Shown here piece after piece: positions 38,236-49,660 of a stretch of 64,000 nt of DNA. A program made the translations under genes and the position numbers. Each line of letters opens with the position of its first letter. Within the stretch, counting starts at the first letter, position 1. The notes beneath the pieces are model-generated. The model made no database searches. It was not told where the DNA came from and saw only the letters and a program-made list of their open reading frames with translations. Source of the stretch: Hemiscyllium ocellatum (lineage: Eukaryota); assembly GCF_020745735.1 (NCBI RefSeq), contig NC_083406.1:13330001-13394000 (forward strand), read 5' to 3'.

Positions 38236-38885
38236 CCTGTCATTGGTTAGGCCACTTTTGGAATAGTGTTCAATTCTGGTCTCTTTGCTATATGAAAAAT
38301 GTTGAGACTCCAAGGGATTCAGAAAAGATTGACCAGGATATTGCCAGGTTTGGAGGTTTTTTTTGCTGTAGGAGAAGCTGAATAGACTGGGCGTATTTTC
38401 CTTGGAACATCAAAATCTGATGCATGACCTTGTAGAGGTTTAGAAAATCGTGAGGGGCATGGGTATTTTCCCCAGGGTAGGAGAGTCCAAAACTAGAGGA
38501 CATAAGTTTAAGGTGAAAGGGGAAAGATTTAAAAGGGACCTAAGGAGCAACTTTATTAAGCAAAGGGTGGTGCATGCATGGAATGAGATGCCAGAGGAAG
38601 TGGTGGAGGCTGGTACAATTACAACATTTAAAAGGCATCAGGATGGTTATATGAATAAGAAAGGGTTAGAAGGATGTAGGCCAAATGTTGACAAGTGGGA
38701 CTAGATTAATTTAGGATATCTGATTGTCATGGACAAGTTGGACTGATGGATCTGTTTCTGTGCTGTACGTCTCCAAGACTCTGATTCTATTTCTCTTCTA
38801 TGCTGCCTCAGTGCCATTATTGTAAAAAGTTCCATGTTTGACAGGTTAATTGATGCGAAACAGCACCACATTGTCTCTTGTCTTT

Positions 38886-39974
38886 TGTTATGGATCAGAC
38901 CAAACCCCTCAAAACACATTAAGGAGATGGCATAGCCTGTAATTTTTTGTATTTTAAAGGCATGTGCCAGATGAGGTGTTCCAGATATAATTCAATCAGT
39001 CGAACTTCTAGGCTTTGAGCAAAACACTTTATTCTTACGCTCCGGTTAAAATACGTATAAAATGAAAAATAATTAACTATCAAAATATTTAACAAGGTCT
39101 TTTATTTATATATACTTGAATAATAGTTGATCTCATGAAAAAGTCAACCCACTATTGTGGCCAAAAAAATGTGGAATTTCCCATATATCTTGTGTAAAAG
39201 CCAGCGCTAGTTCTTCACAGATAACTGATCAATATTTGAGAGTCAGTGTGCTAGTTGTCCAGTTCTGCTCCAGCTTTCTAACGTGCCAACTGTTGCACTT
39301 TGCTCTGGCATCCAATCCGCCAGCGGTCTTGTTCCACTCCAGGTCATCTAGGCTGCCAGTCATCATGCTCTGCTCTGGGAATTTGGAATTACAGTAATTC
39401 ATTGAGTTTTTTTCTTCATTCATTTAGACATCAATTGGGCTTCTGCTAATGATTGTATGAATTTTGACTGGCATACATTTCAGCCCCTTTAAAAGTAGTA
39501 TTCATGTAATAGTTGACCTCATAAATTTAACCTTAAAAAGTAGTTGAATCTTTTTAGACAGCTACTGGAGTAGATACAGTATGTTAGCTACCACTGATTA
39601 CTGTTCCAAGATAGTAACATCCCATAAACGCAGCCTTAGAAAAGTCAAGTTGGGTAAAATAGATTGTCTCACATGCAATTCTCCAGTCTAGCAGGAAGGA
39701 ATATCAAAAAAAATTGTGTGTATGTGTACTCAAGCGTTTTGCTGGTGCAGAGATATGTATAGCAGCTTCCAAAGCCCAACAGTTACTGAAAGTTCAACTC
39801 AATTCATGGTTCTGTGGTAGGTGACCCAACTCCTTTATGCTGCTTCCATTGTTCTAACTTTTTAAAAATAAAAATGCCCTGGCCCCTCAAGCTTCATACC
39901 TTTGTCTCAACCTCTCTCTTCATTTAGTAAAAAAAAAGACAAAATACACCTCTTAAAACCATAGTATTGACACA
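38886..39974. mobile_element. Probable solo LTR
   Basis: Starts TGTTATGG and ends ...TGACACA (TG...CA), ~1.1 kb, non-coding. Only an imperfect 4-bp flank match (CTTT/CTCT). Confidence 0.5.
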
Positions 39975-42900
39975 CTCTCTTGTTTGCTTCACAGCACCTG
40001 ATGTCGAGTTGCCTGTCCAACATCCAATACTAGATGAGCAGAAATTACCTACTCTCTCATGTTGGGTCAGCTGAAACTTTTGTAATTGCAAAAAAAGATC
40101 CCTAATCATTGAATCCGTCCTTTTCCATGGAGACTGAGGTTGAACAAGTATGGCACTGTTTGTTCTCCAGAGATGAACTTGCAATTTGGATATCTGCTCA
40201 AAGCTTTCTATTTCCCTTATAACATGGTTCCTTTCTGCTTCTGTTGCTGTCTACTTGCTGCTGAACCCCTCCATGTTTTAGCTTCTTCGAGACATGTTGA
40301 TTTTGCTGCTCGTTGGTTTCCAGCATCATCAGTCATTGTTTTTACCTTCCAGTACTCAAGTCAGCTACTTATTTTTGATTCGCAACTTAATTTGAACATC
40401 CAGATTTCTGTAATCCCATTCATCCATTGACCTCTGTTTTCTTAAATTGTGTTGCATGATTAAAGAATTCTCATCCACTATTACAAATCCCTTCAGATCT
40501 CATCCATTTCTGAATCTTTTCTCCAGCCCTACAATCCTCTAAAATACATATGCTTTTCCAGGTCTGGCACATCCTTCAATTTTGATCAGCCCTGCATTCA
40601 AGACTCCATCTCCCTTGATTCGTCCATAAAATTTGCTGTGTTTTACTGACCATTCACTTGTGTAGCTTGCTGTCTTTTCAGGTTCATGTGAAATGCGTTG
40701 GTCTGTTTTAATATGACAAAGATCATTTATGAAGGAAAGGTTTTGATGAATTTCACCTATTGCCTGGCTGTTACTGTTGATGAAATTTGAGATTGGCGTT
40801 ACCCGCTTAAATCTTAGCCCTCGCTAAATCTGGTTTTGTCATATTTGCTATGCACCTGGAGTTTGCTGTATTCAAATTGATTGCCACATTTCCTTACTAT
40901 TGCAACAGTGACCATGCTTTGCAAAGTTAATGATTTGCTGTGAAATGGTTACAGGACATGCAATGCAAGCACAAGTCTGCTTTTTCTTCCTGAATAAATC
41001 AGTAGCTGCAGATCTGGGAGGAAATTGGCATAAAGTTATGGATCATGTTGGGGATAGAATAGATTTCAGATTTACTTAAGATTAAGTTAATTTAATTGAC
41101 AGCATTTATCCTGACGCAATACGTCAATCATGTAAGAAATGCATTTAATGTATGAAGTAATTTGTATATTTAAATACAATGCCTGGTCAAGTATCAGGAA
41201 CTAGCCTTATGAAATGATGAGATGAAGTAATAGTTTGCTATGTTGCTTTCTATTTCTTTGTTAAGATTTGCTATTAATGTGTCAAATATCTTTAGAGGCT
41301 CTTCAGTATTTTTGTTTATGTTACCTTTCAAATTTAGTTCTGGATTCATTCAGTAAATCAGTTGTGATGCATTGCAGATAGAACAGTTGAGAAAAAAAAA
41401 TCCTATAGAGCTTGTATAAACACCTTGGGTTAAAGGGCAGAAGTTTGTCCCGAAGATTGTTTTGAATTATGAGAAAACCCTGCCTTAAATGTTGCTGTGC
41501 CTCATCATCAACTTCTTGGATGTTCTATTGATTGTAATTTAATTACTTTTGAAATATAACCAATTGCATGTTGAGTAACCAGAAATAATAAATCTTTGAC
41601 AGGAAAGTGTAAATGGTAGATTTATTTGTATTTTCCTTGTGTGAAATGCTGTAATTGTGGTGATGTAAACAAAATTGATTTTTCCTTTTCATGTGTCTTT
41701 ATTGGATTGCAACCAAATGGCTGCATGACTTTCTTGGAATAGTAGAATCATGTAGTGTAGACTACTTTTGGTATATGAATTTAAATAATTAGCACATTTT
41801 GTCTAAACCTAGTTAAACTTGCCTTTCCTCCAATTATATTGCAAAAAATGATTGGTGCTACCAACTTTTGAGAGCTGCAAGGGCATGGATAGAGTATGTG
41901 GGGTTGAGCTTCACATAATAATAGTGTATCCTTGGTCCCATAATAACCTGAAAAATTTGAATTTGAGCACCCTTTCCATGGCTGTAACCATTTTTATATC
42001 AGCTTCTAAGATGGTTAAAACTGTATGGTAGGTGGGTATTTGCACAGTCCTGTTGAGGGGAGAACTATAGAAATAATATATCACATTACTGCAGTATCTG
42101 GTTGTTCCTAGCCTGCAGATGTCTAAGCCTTTGTACTGCCTTGGGTTCACTATACTGTACAACCCTTATTTGATAAGTCTGCTTCTAGCAGTCCTGTACA
42201 GATGGCCTGACAGTAGGAGATATGAGCAAATACAACCATACTGAACTGTCACATAGCTTTATGCTCAAGAATTTTATTTTGCAACAATATGGGAGGTCGT
42301 TGTTGTGCATCATGGTTATTTGTTTTATAAATCATTATTTCATTTATAAGAGAAACTCAATCGATATGAGATTTGATCAAAGAACAAATGCAACATTCTG
42401 AACATTGCATAGTATTTGCAAATGCAAAAGAAATTGTTTTAGAGTTGTTTTAAGGAGTATTTGCAAGTAACAGTTGTCACACAATTGGTGATGACTGTCT
42501 CCAACAAGAGGGAATCTAACTATTGCCCTTTAAATTCACTGGCACTAATATCATTGAGACCCCCACTTTCAATATCCTAGGGATTACTGTTGACTTGACA
42601 CTGAACTGGACGATCCATATAAATACACTGTCTACAAGAACAGGCCAGAGGCTAAGAATTCTATGGTGAGTAGCTCCTTTCTGGATTCCCCAATATCTTT
42701 CTACAAGATCCCAAGTCAGGGATATGATATTCTCTCCGCTTGCCTGCATAGTCCAACGATAGCGTGCTTTATTCACACCCCATCCACCACGATCAAGGTT
42801 CATTCCCTTCACACTGCAGGAAAATTGGAATACTTCCTACATCGCAAATCATTTTGAAGAAGAAAATCAATATTTTCACAGAAAAAATCTTACTCAACCT

Positions 42901-43154
42901 TGTATTATTCCATAAGACAATTATGTTATCTTTTAAGTGCAGTCCATCACTGAGCTATTGTTTGCAAACATTTTGATATAGAAATACATTAAAAATATTA
43001 AAACACACAGCGATCTTTTAAATACTGACAGTTGGAGATATTGCAAATGCTGTTAGGATCCCCTGCCTAGATATTCAAAAGGTATTTTGTTATCCAGCAA
43101 AACTTTCAATTGTATATTTTTAAGTGTGCATCGAAACTGTTGTGATCATAAAAA

Positions 43155-43585
43155 CCGGCATGGTGGCTCACTGGTTAGCACTGTTGCTTCATAGCGCCGG
43201 GGACCCAGGTTCAATTCCAGCCTTGGATGACTGTGTGAAGTTTGCACATTCTCCCTGTGTCTGTGTGGGTTTCCTCCTACAATCCAAAGATGAGCAGGTC
43301 AGATGAATTGATCATACTAAATTGCTCATAGTGTTAGGTGCACTAGTCAGGAGTAAATATTTCTTTCACAATGAAGGGCTTTTGCCCGAAATGTCGATTT
43401 TCCTGCTCCTTGGATTCTGCCTGACCTGTGCTTTTCCAGCACCACTCTATCTAGACTCTGATTTCCAGCATCTGCAATCCTCACTTTTGCCTAGGGAAGG
43501 TATAGGAAAGGGGAATGGGTTTATGTGGGTTACTCTACAGCGGGTCAGTGTGGACTTGTTTCCATACTGCAGGGAATCTAATCTA
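43155..43585 (+). mobile_element. HE1-type SINE interrupted by a Penelope-type insertion
   Basis: GGCATGGTGGCTCACTGGTTAGCAC...GGTTCAATTCC...; the tail resumes after ~43495 (GGGTCAGTGTGGACTTG...AATCTAATCTA). Confidence 0.85.
43361..43494 (+). mobile_element. Short Penelope-type insertion (family A), truncated inside the hammerhead core
   Basis: ATGA-A-GGGC-TTTT-GCCC-GAAA-TG-TC at 43371-43395 plus the family tail ending CTCACTTTTGCCTAG. Confidence 0.82.
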
Positions 43586-43589
43586 AGAG

Positions 43590-44385
43590 TGAATAGGTCT
43601 ATGATCTTGACCTTTTTATTCCACTTTTCAGCTGCTCCTTTCTCTTGATTCCATCAAAAATTCAAGCATCCTATCCCAACATTTTAAATGCATTCAACAA
43701 TGGAACATCAACCATTTTGAGTATGATGATTTTCCTCATCCATCCTAAATAATTGGTCCCTGTCTCAAGTATGTGTTTCCATGTTTAGGCTTCCCTAGCC
43801 AATGGAAGTAGTCTCTCAGCATCTACCTAATCATGCCCACTCAGAATTGTGTATGTTTTAATAGCATTGCATCTCATTCTCCTAAACTATGCTCAATTTA
43901 CTTAACTGTACAGTCACAGCAAGTCCTTTTATTCCTGTACTCCAATACCCTTGCAATCAAGGCTAACATTTTATTTGCCCTCCTAATTATTTGGGACTGT
44001 TTGTATTAACTTGCTGTTGGACACGTTCCTTTTGGAAACCTGATATATGACATCTACTGGTTCCTCTTTATCTAGCCTGTGATCGATCTTGAAAAAGCTA
44101 AAAAAATTATCAAACAGAATTTCTCTTCTATAAAACTGTTTTGACTTGTTCTAATTGTATACTTTTCTAAATGCATTAAAATTTCCTTGATACATTCCAG
44201 CATTTTGTCTAGGGCTAACATTATGCTAGCTGACCTGTAGTTTCTTATTTTCCGTCTACCTCTCTTGAAAAGCAGTGTTATGTTTGCTAACTTCCAATCT
44301 GCTGGGACCATTCCTGAATTGAAGGATGTTTTAAAGTATCCGTGCCATCTCTGTAGCAATTTATTTTAGAACCCTAAGGTGAAAG
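43590..44385 (-). mobile_element. Decayed CR1 fragment
   Basis: ORF 44072-44359: SGMVPADWKLANITLLFKRG...NYRSAS. Confidence 0.75.
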
Positions 44386-44775
44386 TTATCTGTACAGACT
44401 TAAGCTGTCTCTGTCCTCTGAAGAAAACCCATTTGTTATTCCTTCACAGTTACTGTAAATTAAACTTGTAAGTGAGAAGTTAGAAACAACCTTAAGTGTG
44501 AGCCAGTCAACTTGTGCCTCCTGAAATCAAATGAAAGCACCTGGAGAAGGAAAATTGAGTACAAGAATGATTTAATCAAATCTTGTGGAAAGGGGCTACT
44601 GAATTGATTTTCCAATTTTCCCCTCCTTCTATAATAGCCATTTTTTTTGGTGTATGAGAGTAATGAAGTAGTTTACAAGGGTGTTTTAATGAGTAGAGTT
44701 ATACGCCAGTAGTTCATAGTCATTTACTGAATCTAGAGTCTCTTTGTGTAATGATTAGTAACTCTTGAACATACA

Positions 44776-44948
44776 AAAACCTGCTCTGTGCTTTGTCAAC
44801 TTGAATCTGAAATTTCACTATATTGGGGAAATCTACATTTAAAAAGGCTCCCAGAGTCATCACAAAATCTCAAGAGCCTTTTTAAATGTAGATTTCTCCA
44901 ATATAGTGAAATTTCAGATTCAAGTTGACAAAGCACAGAGCAGGTTTT
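44776..44948. repeat. 75-bp near-perfect inverted repeat with 23-nt spacer
   Basis: Arms 44776-44850 and 44874-44948 are reverse complements with one mismatch (G opposite T on the + strand). Confidence 0.97.
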
Positions 44949-45245
44949 CTGAGGTCCTGCAAACCATTAAGTGCTTAGCACAGTGAGAGTTCAAAATCGT
45001 AGATGAGTGACCATCCAGAAAAGAAGGAAAAGTTAAGAAATGTTGCGATTGTGCCACTTTGAAACTGGTGTTGAGCATCAGAGACTGGTAGCAGTGTTAA
45101 CATCTTGAAACAGTGCAGTCCAGGTCAATGGTCAGCATCTGCAGAGAAGGGAGCATCCATTCATCCTACTAAAGTAGATAACTTCACACTTATCTGTATC
45201 ACAATCCATCTTCCATGCTTTTGATCAATCACTAACTTTGTTTAA

Positions 45246-45459
45246 TTTTTTTTGTTTTTTTTTCCTTCACATCAAAATCTCCTGTTTTTTTTTCCTTTTT
45301 TTCCTCTTTTTTTCTTTTTTTATTAATCCCCACACTACCGCCTAACTGCGGTAGTGCTTATTTTTCCTCAGCACCCATGGTGTGTTTGTGTGCAGGTGTG
45401 AGACACAGTGAAAGACACAAAGTGTACAAATCTTTATTCAATATCCACCACCAGGAAAA
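45246..45459 (-). mobile_element. Retroposed LINE 3' end (probably L1/Tx1 clade) with A-rich tail and 15-bp TSD
   Basis: TSD ACTAACTTTGTTTAA at 45231-45245 and 45460-45474, ~75-nt T-rich tract on + (poly-A on -), AATAAA on the minus strand, and a 9-bp stem-loop CACTACCGC-CTAACT-GCGGTAGTG. Confidence 0.82.
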
Positions 45460-46699
45460 ACTAACTTTGTTTAAATCTGCCAGAGCCACTTTGCATCCTC
45501 CTTACAACCTCAATTGTCATCGAGTTAATCCTATCCAGGCAGGTTTCGCATCCTGTTCTACTAACTGGCAATTCTCTCTTGAACACACTGATCTGTTTTG
45601 ATTATCAGCAGAATACTACTCACTGGAGTGGTATTCTGGAAGTGAAGTCCCATTATTTCTGGAGCCATCACAAATATCAGCGTTTTAAAAAGAAATATGC
45701 AAAATGTCCAAAATACTTGGTTTTCAGATGCAGGGTTATAGGAATCATGGATCATATTACAGTACTTAACAAGTTATCACTTTATTACAAGTCATTAAGT
45801 TCTAGCTGCAGGTAAACAATTAAACAGAGGGGGGAAATACATGGTGGAGGAAAAACTGAAAAAATGGTTCCATCATCTTGTTCTCGAGTACTGTTGGATT
45901 GTTCTTGCAGATTGGAAGTTTCTCCTTGACCTTCCTTTTTTCTGAATGCTTCCACTGGTTTACCAGAGTCCCTTTTGCTTATTTCACAACCTGTAGAATC
46001 TTTTGAAGGAAATATAAGCTAACTTTTTTTTGATTGGTTGAAGGAGCTTACAGCAGATGACTGAGTTTGTTTTTGGCTGCCGCAGATCTGCTTGCTTCTC
46101 TTCTGGTCTGACAGAGCTTTCCTCTGTCTTATTCATAGCCCAAGCTGTTCAGCTATCTGATGGCCATTTACATTGTTGGCAAGCAGGGAACCTTTGTCAT
46201 TGGTTTGTGGGTTAGGGGCCAATGATCAATCTGCTTCATTTATAAACAGTCTCTCTTCTACAGTTCATCTGCATACTTCTGAAATCCACAGCTACACAAA
46301 AAGGGTTCATAAAATTCCTTTCAAATCATGCAGACATCCTCATAAATCCCTTGGTTTCAGGGCTTCATTTCTCTCATTTCAGCACACAATTTAAAAACGA
46401 TCAAAGTACAAAGACACGTTTACAGTTTTGCAATAAGTATAACCTTTTTCTGTTCTCTTACAATCCTTGTAAATTGCAAATTCTGTAGCCCTTCCAGATC
46501 CTTTGAATATGCAGAACCAAGATAGGCACAAAACGTAAAGTGTGGTCTCCTCGCAGCGTTGTGCAAGTGTAACATAGCTTCCTTATTTTTCATTTGTATC
46601 CCTGAAGAAATTAGTTCCAGTTTTTTTTTTGCCTTATGACCTTCCTCATCAGCACCACAGCTTTTAGTCATTTGTATGTTGTTTTGTGAAGGGTAGGTC

Positions 46700-47912
46700 A
46701 TACCTAATGAATCTTATTGAGTTTTTGACAAAGTGACCAGGTAGATGAGAGTAAACAGGTTGATGTGGTGTATATGGATTTCAGCAAGGCGTTCAATAAG
46801 ATTTGCTACAGTAGGCTGTTATACAAAATGCGGAGGAATGGGATTGTGGGAGACATAGCAGTTTGGATCGGTAATTGACTTGCTGAAAGAAAACAGGGTT
46901 GTAGTTGATGGAACATGTTCATCTTGGTGCCCAGTTACTAGTGGTGTACCGTAAGGGTCGGTGTTGGGTCCACTGATGTTCGTAATTTTTATAAATGACC
47001 TGGATGAGGGCTTAGAAGGGTGGGTTAATAAATTTGCGGGTGACACTAAGGTTGGTGGAGTTATGGATAGTGACGAAGGATGTAGGTTGCAGAAAGATAT
47101 AGATAGAATGCAGAGCTGGGCTGAGAGGTGGCAAATGGAGTTTAATGTGGACAAGCGTGAGGTGATACACTTTGGACGGAGTAATCGGAATGCAAAGTAC
47201 TGGGCTGATGGTAAGATTCTTGGGAGTGCAAATGATCAGAGAGATTATGTCCATGTACACAGATTCCTGAAAGTTGCCACCCAGATTGACAGGGTTGTTA
47301 AGAAGGCATACAGTGTTTTGGCCTTTATTAATAGAGGGATTGAGTTCCGTAACCAGGAGGTTATGCTGCAGCTGTACAAAGCTCTGGTACAGCCACACTT
47401 GGAGTATTGCGTATTGTTCTGGTCACCGCATTATAAGAAGGATGTGGAAGCTTTGGAAAGGGTGCACAGGAGATTTACTAGGATGTTGCCTGGTATGGAA
47501 GGAATGTCTTACGATGAAAGGCTGAGGGCCTTAAGGCTGTTCTCGTTAGAGAATAAGGTTGAGAGGTGACTTAGAGACATACAGGATAATCAGAGGGTTA
47601 GATAGGGTGGATATGGAGAGCCTTTTTCCAAGTATGGGGACAGCAAGCATGAGGGGACACAACTTTAAAGTGAAGGGAGATAGATATAAGACAGATGTCA
47701 GAGGTAGTTTCTTTACTTAGAGTAGTAACAGTATGGAATGTTTTGCCTGCAACGGTAGTAGATTCACCAAGTTTAAGTGCATTTAAGTCGTCATTGGACA
47801 GGCATATGGACGTACATGGAATAGTGTAGGTGGGATGGGCTTCAGATTAGTATGACAGGGCGGCGCAACATCGAGGGCTGATGGGCCTGTACTGCGCTGT
47901 TATGTTCTATGT
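46700..47912 (+). mobile_element. 5'-truncated CR1/HER1 LINE
   Basis: ORF 46961-47569 LGPLMFVIFINDLDEG...KFAGDTKVGG...PHLEYCVLFWSPH; tail GGGCCTGTACTGCGCTG(TTCTATG). Confidence 0.93.
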
Positions 47913-49536
47913 ATATCTGTACCCTGGTTAGACTCATTGTTAAAATAGTCTGTGGCATCTTTATTCTTCATGCAAAATGCACCACCTTAGGGGCTTCTAT
48001 TGGAATTTTGTTATTCTGCTTAAAAAAAATGACTTGTTAAAGCCTGTCATCCTTCATCCACCAAGATAGACAAGGAATGCCGCAGTCCACAGGGAACCCT
48101 AATCTGTGTGACATTGGAGGCAAGTCTAGGACAGATTCCTCTCCTCGGTCAGTCTGGGATTGATGCTCATGAATGTGGTTGGTGAGGACTTGGACTAAAT
48201 GAGCAAGAGTGTGCACTTGTGCGCAGTGTTGCATGATATAGAATAACGTAAATTAATGCAAGAGTTAGATAATACTAGAGATGGGGCTTGTACCATGTTA
48301 ATAAGAAACAGATTTGGAAGGTTTTCAATAGGATAAGTTTGAAATGAATACTTTTGTAAATGCATAAAAATGTAGTTAGTAAGTTTGGTGATCAACATCT
48401 CAAATAGTGAGAATATGACGTGGCAGTAATAGAAATGTAGCCCAAACATGGTGAAGACTGGGTGCTTAATAGTCAGTGAAGAGACTGTAGCCAGTGCTGA
48501 ATGTAATTCAAAGCTGACAAGAAAAACAATAACAGAACAATGGATAATTATCAAGGAGGCAATGTCTCAGACACAAGTGAAGAGAGTATAGTCTAACTGG
48601 AGTGAGGTAGTTTTTTAGGATGATCAATGAGGTTAAGAAAATATTAAGGAATAGTGTGTTTGTGTGACAGGTAAATTATTCAAGTGAAAACCAGATCCCA
48701 TACAATAAATTGATATGAGCAATAAAGCAGAAAATAAGGTTGGCAAAAAGATAATAGAATGATAGTTAACATAAAAAAGAACTCCAGAATCTTCTACCAG
48801 CTTGTAAATAGTATATGGGTGCAAGTGGTGATTAGCTTGGTGCTGGGTAAGGATAGAACACTTTTAATGAATTACTGTACTTTGTATTACTGTTCCATTC
48901 GGAAGAGATTGCAGATAAAATATTATTGGAAGCACCGAAGCTAAACGGGATTAAAATTAACAGGTAGGATGTACTGGAAAGCCTGCCTGCCATATTAGAG
49001 TTTGAATGACTTGCACTACTGGTTACTGAAGGAATTGTCAGGACATCGAGAACGTGCTTGCCATAACCTACCAGTCATTTTAAAAACTAAAGTGTTTGAC
49101 TCTCGGGGTTGGCAAACGTTAGTGTTAGCATTTCTAGTAACAGTAGGATGATCTGTTTAACAACACAATGTTTGATAATCAATCTGAAGGAATGGTGCAT
49201 AATAAACGCTTAATGAGGGCTTGGTTAACAAAAGAGAGCACACAGATTTGTGAGAGACACATTTGTGACAAACAACTACATAAAAGCAGGACAGCAAAAT
49301 TATGTACTGCAGAATTGAGGGACAGCATCAACTTGGATAAAAAAAGGTACTGTAAAGTAATGGTACAGTTTCAAAGATTATGCAGAAAGACAAGGGCCTG
49401 TCCATGTGCTGTCCATCATTGTAAGTGGCAAGATGTTTTGAGAGAGTGACTAGTAAAGTATGTGGGATCTTGGTTTTATTAAAAAGCGACAATGAGTATA
49501 AAAGCATGAAGGTATTGCTGAACCTATCTAAAGCTC

Positions 49537-49660
49537 AAGTCCTGAAGAAGGGCGCATGCCCGAAACGTCGATTCTCCTGCTCCTTGGATGCTGCCTGACC
49601 TGCGCTTTTCCAGCAACACATTTTCAGCTCTGATCTCCAGCATCTGCAGTCCTTACTTTC
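49537..49660 (+). mobile_element. Short Penelope-type insertion (family A); 10-bp TSD
   Basis: TSD TCTAAAGCTC at 49527-49536 and 49661-49670. Confidence 0.9.
49538..49573 (+). ncRNA. Minimal type-I hammerhead ribozyme motif (intact core, host sense strand)
   Basis: aguc-CUGAAGA(49542-49548)-A-GGGC-GCAU-GCCC-GAAA-CG-UC^gauu. 4-bp stem I with one G-U pair; predicted cleavage after 49569. Confidence 0.78.

Larger units (their letters stand above)
37600..38790 (+). mobile_element. 5'-truncated CR1 LINE
   Basis: RT remnants (CAGTAGTGTGCCCCAAG...AAGTTTGCAG), ORF 38450-38704 SKTRGHKFKVKGERFK...QRVVHAWNEMPEEVVEAG, and a (CTATGACT)-like tail. Confidence 0.88.

Noticed and set aside
45515-46424. Possible solo LTRs here and at ~52500-53090 and ~44390-45130
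   Set aside because: The composition is suggestive, but I could not confirm termini or TSDs.
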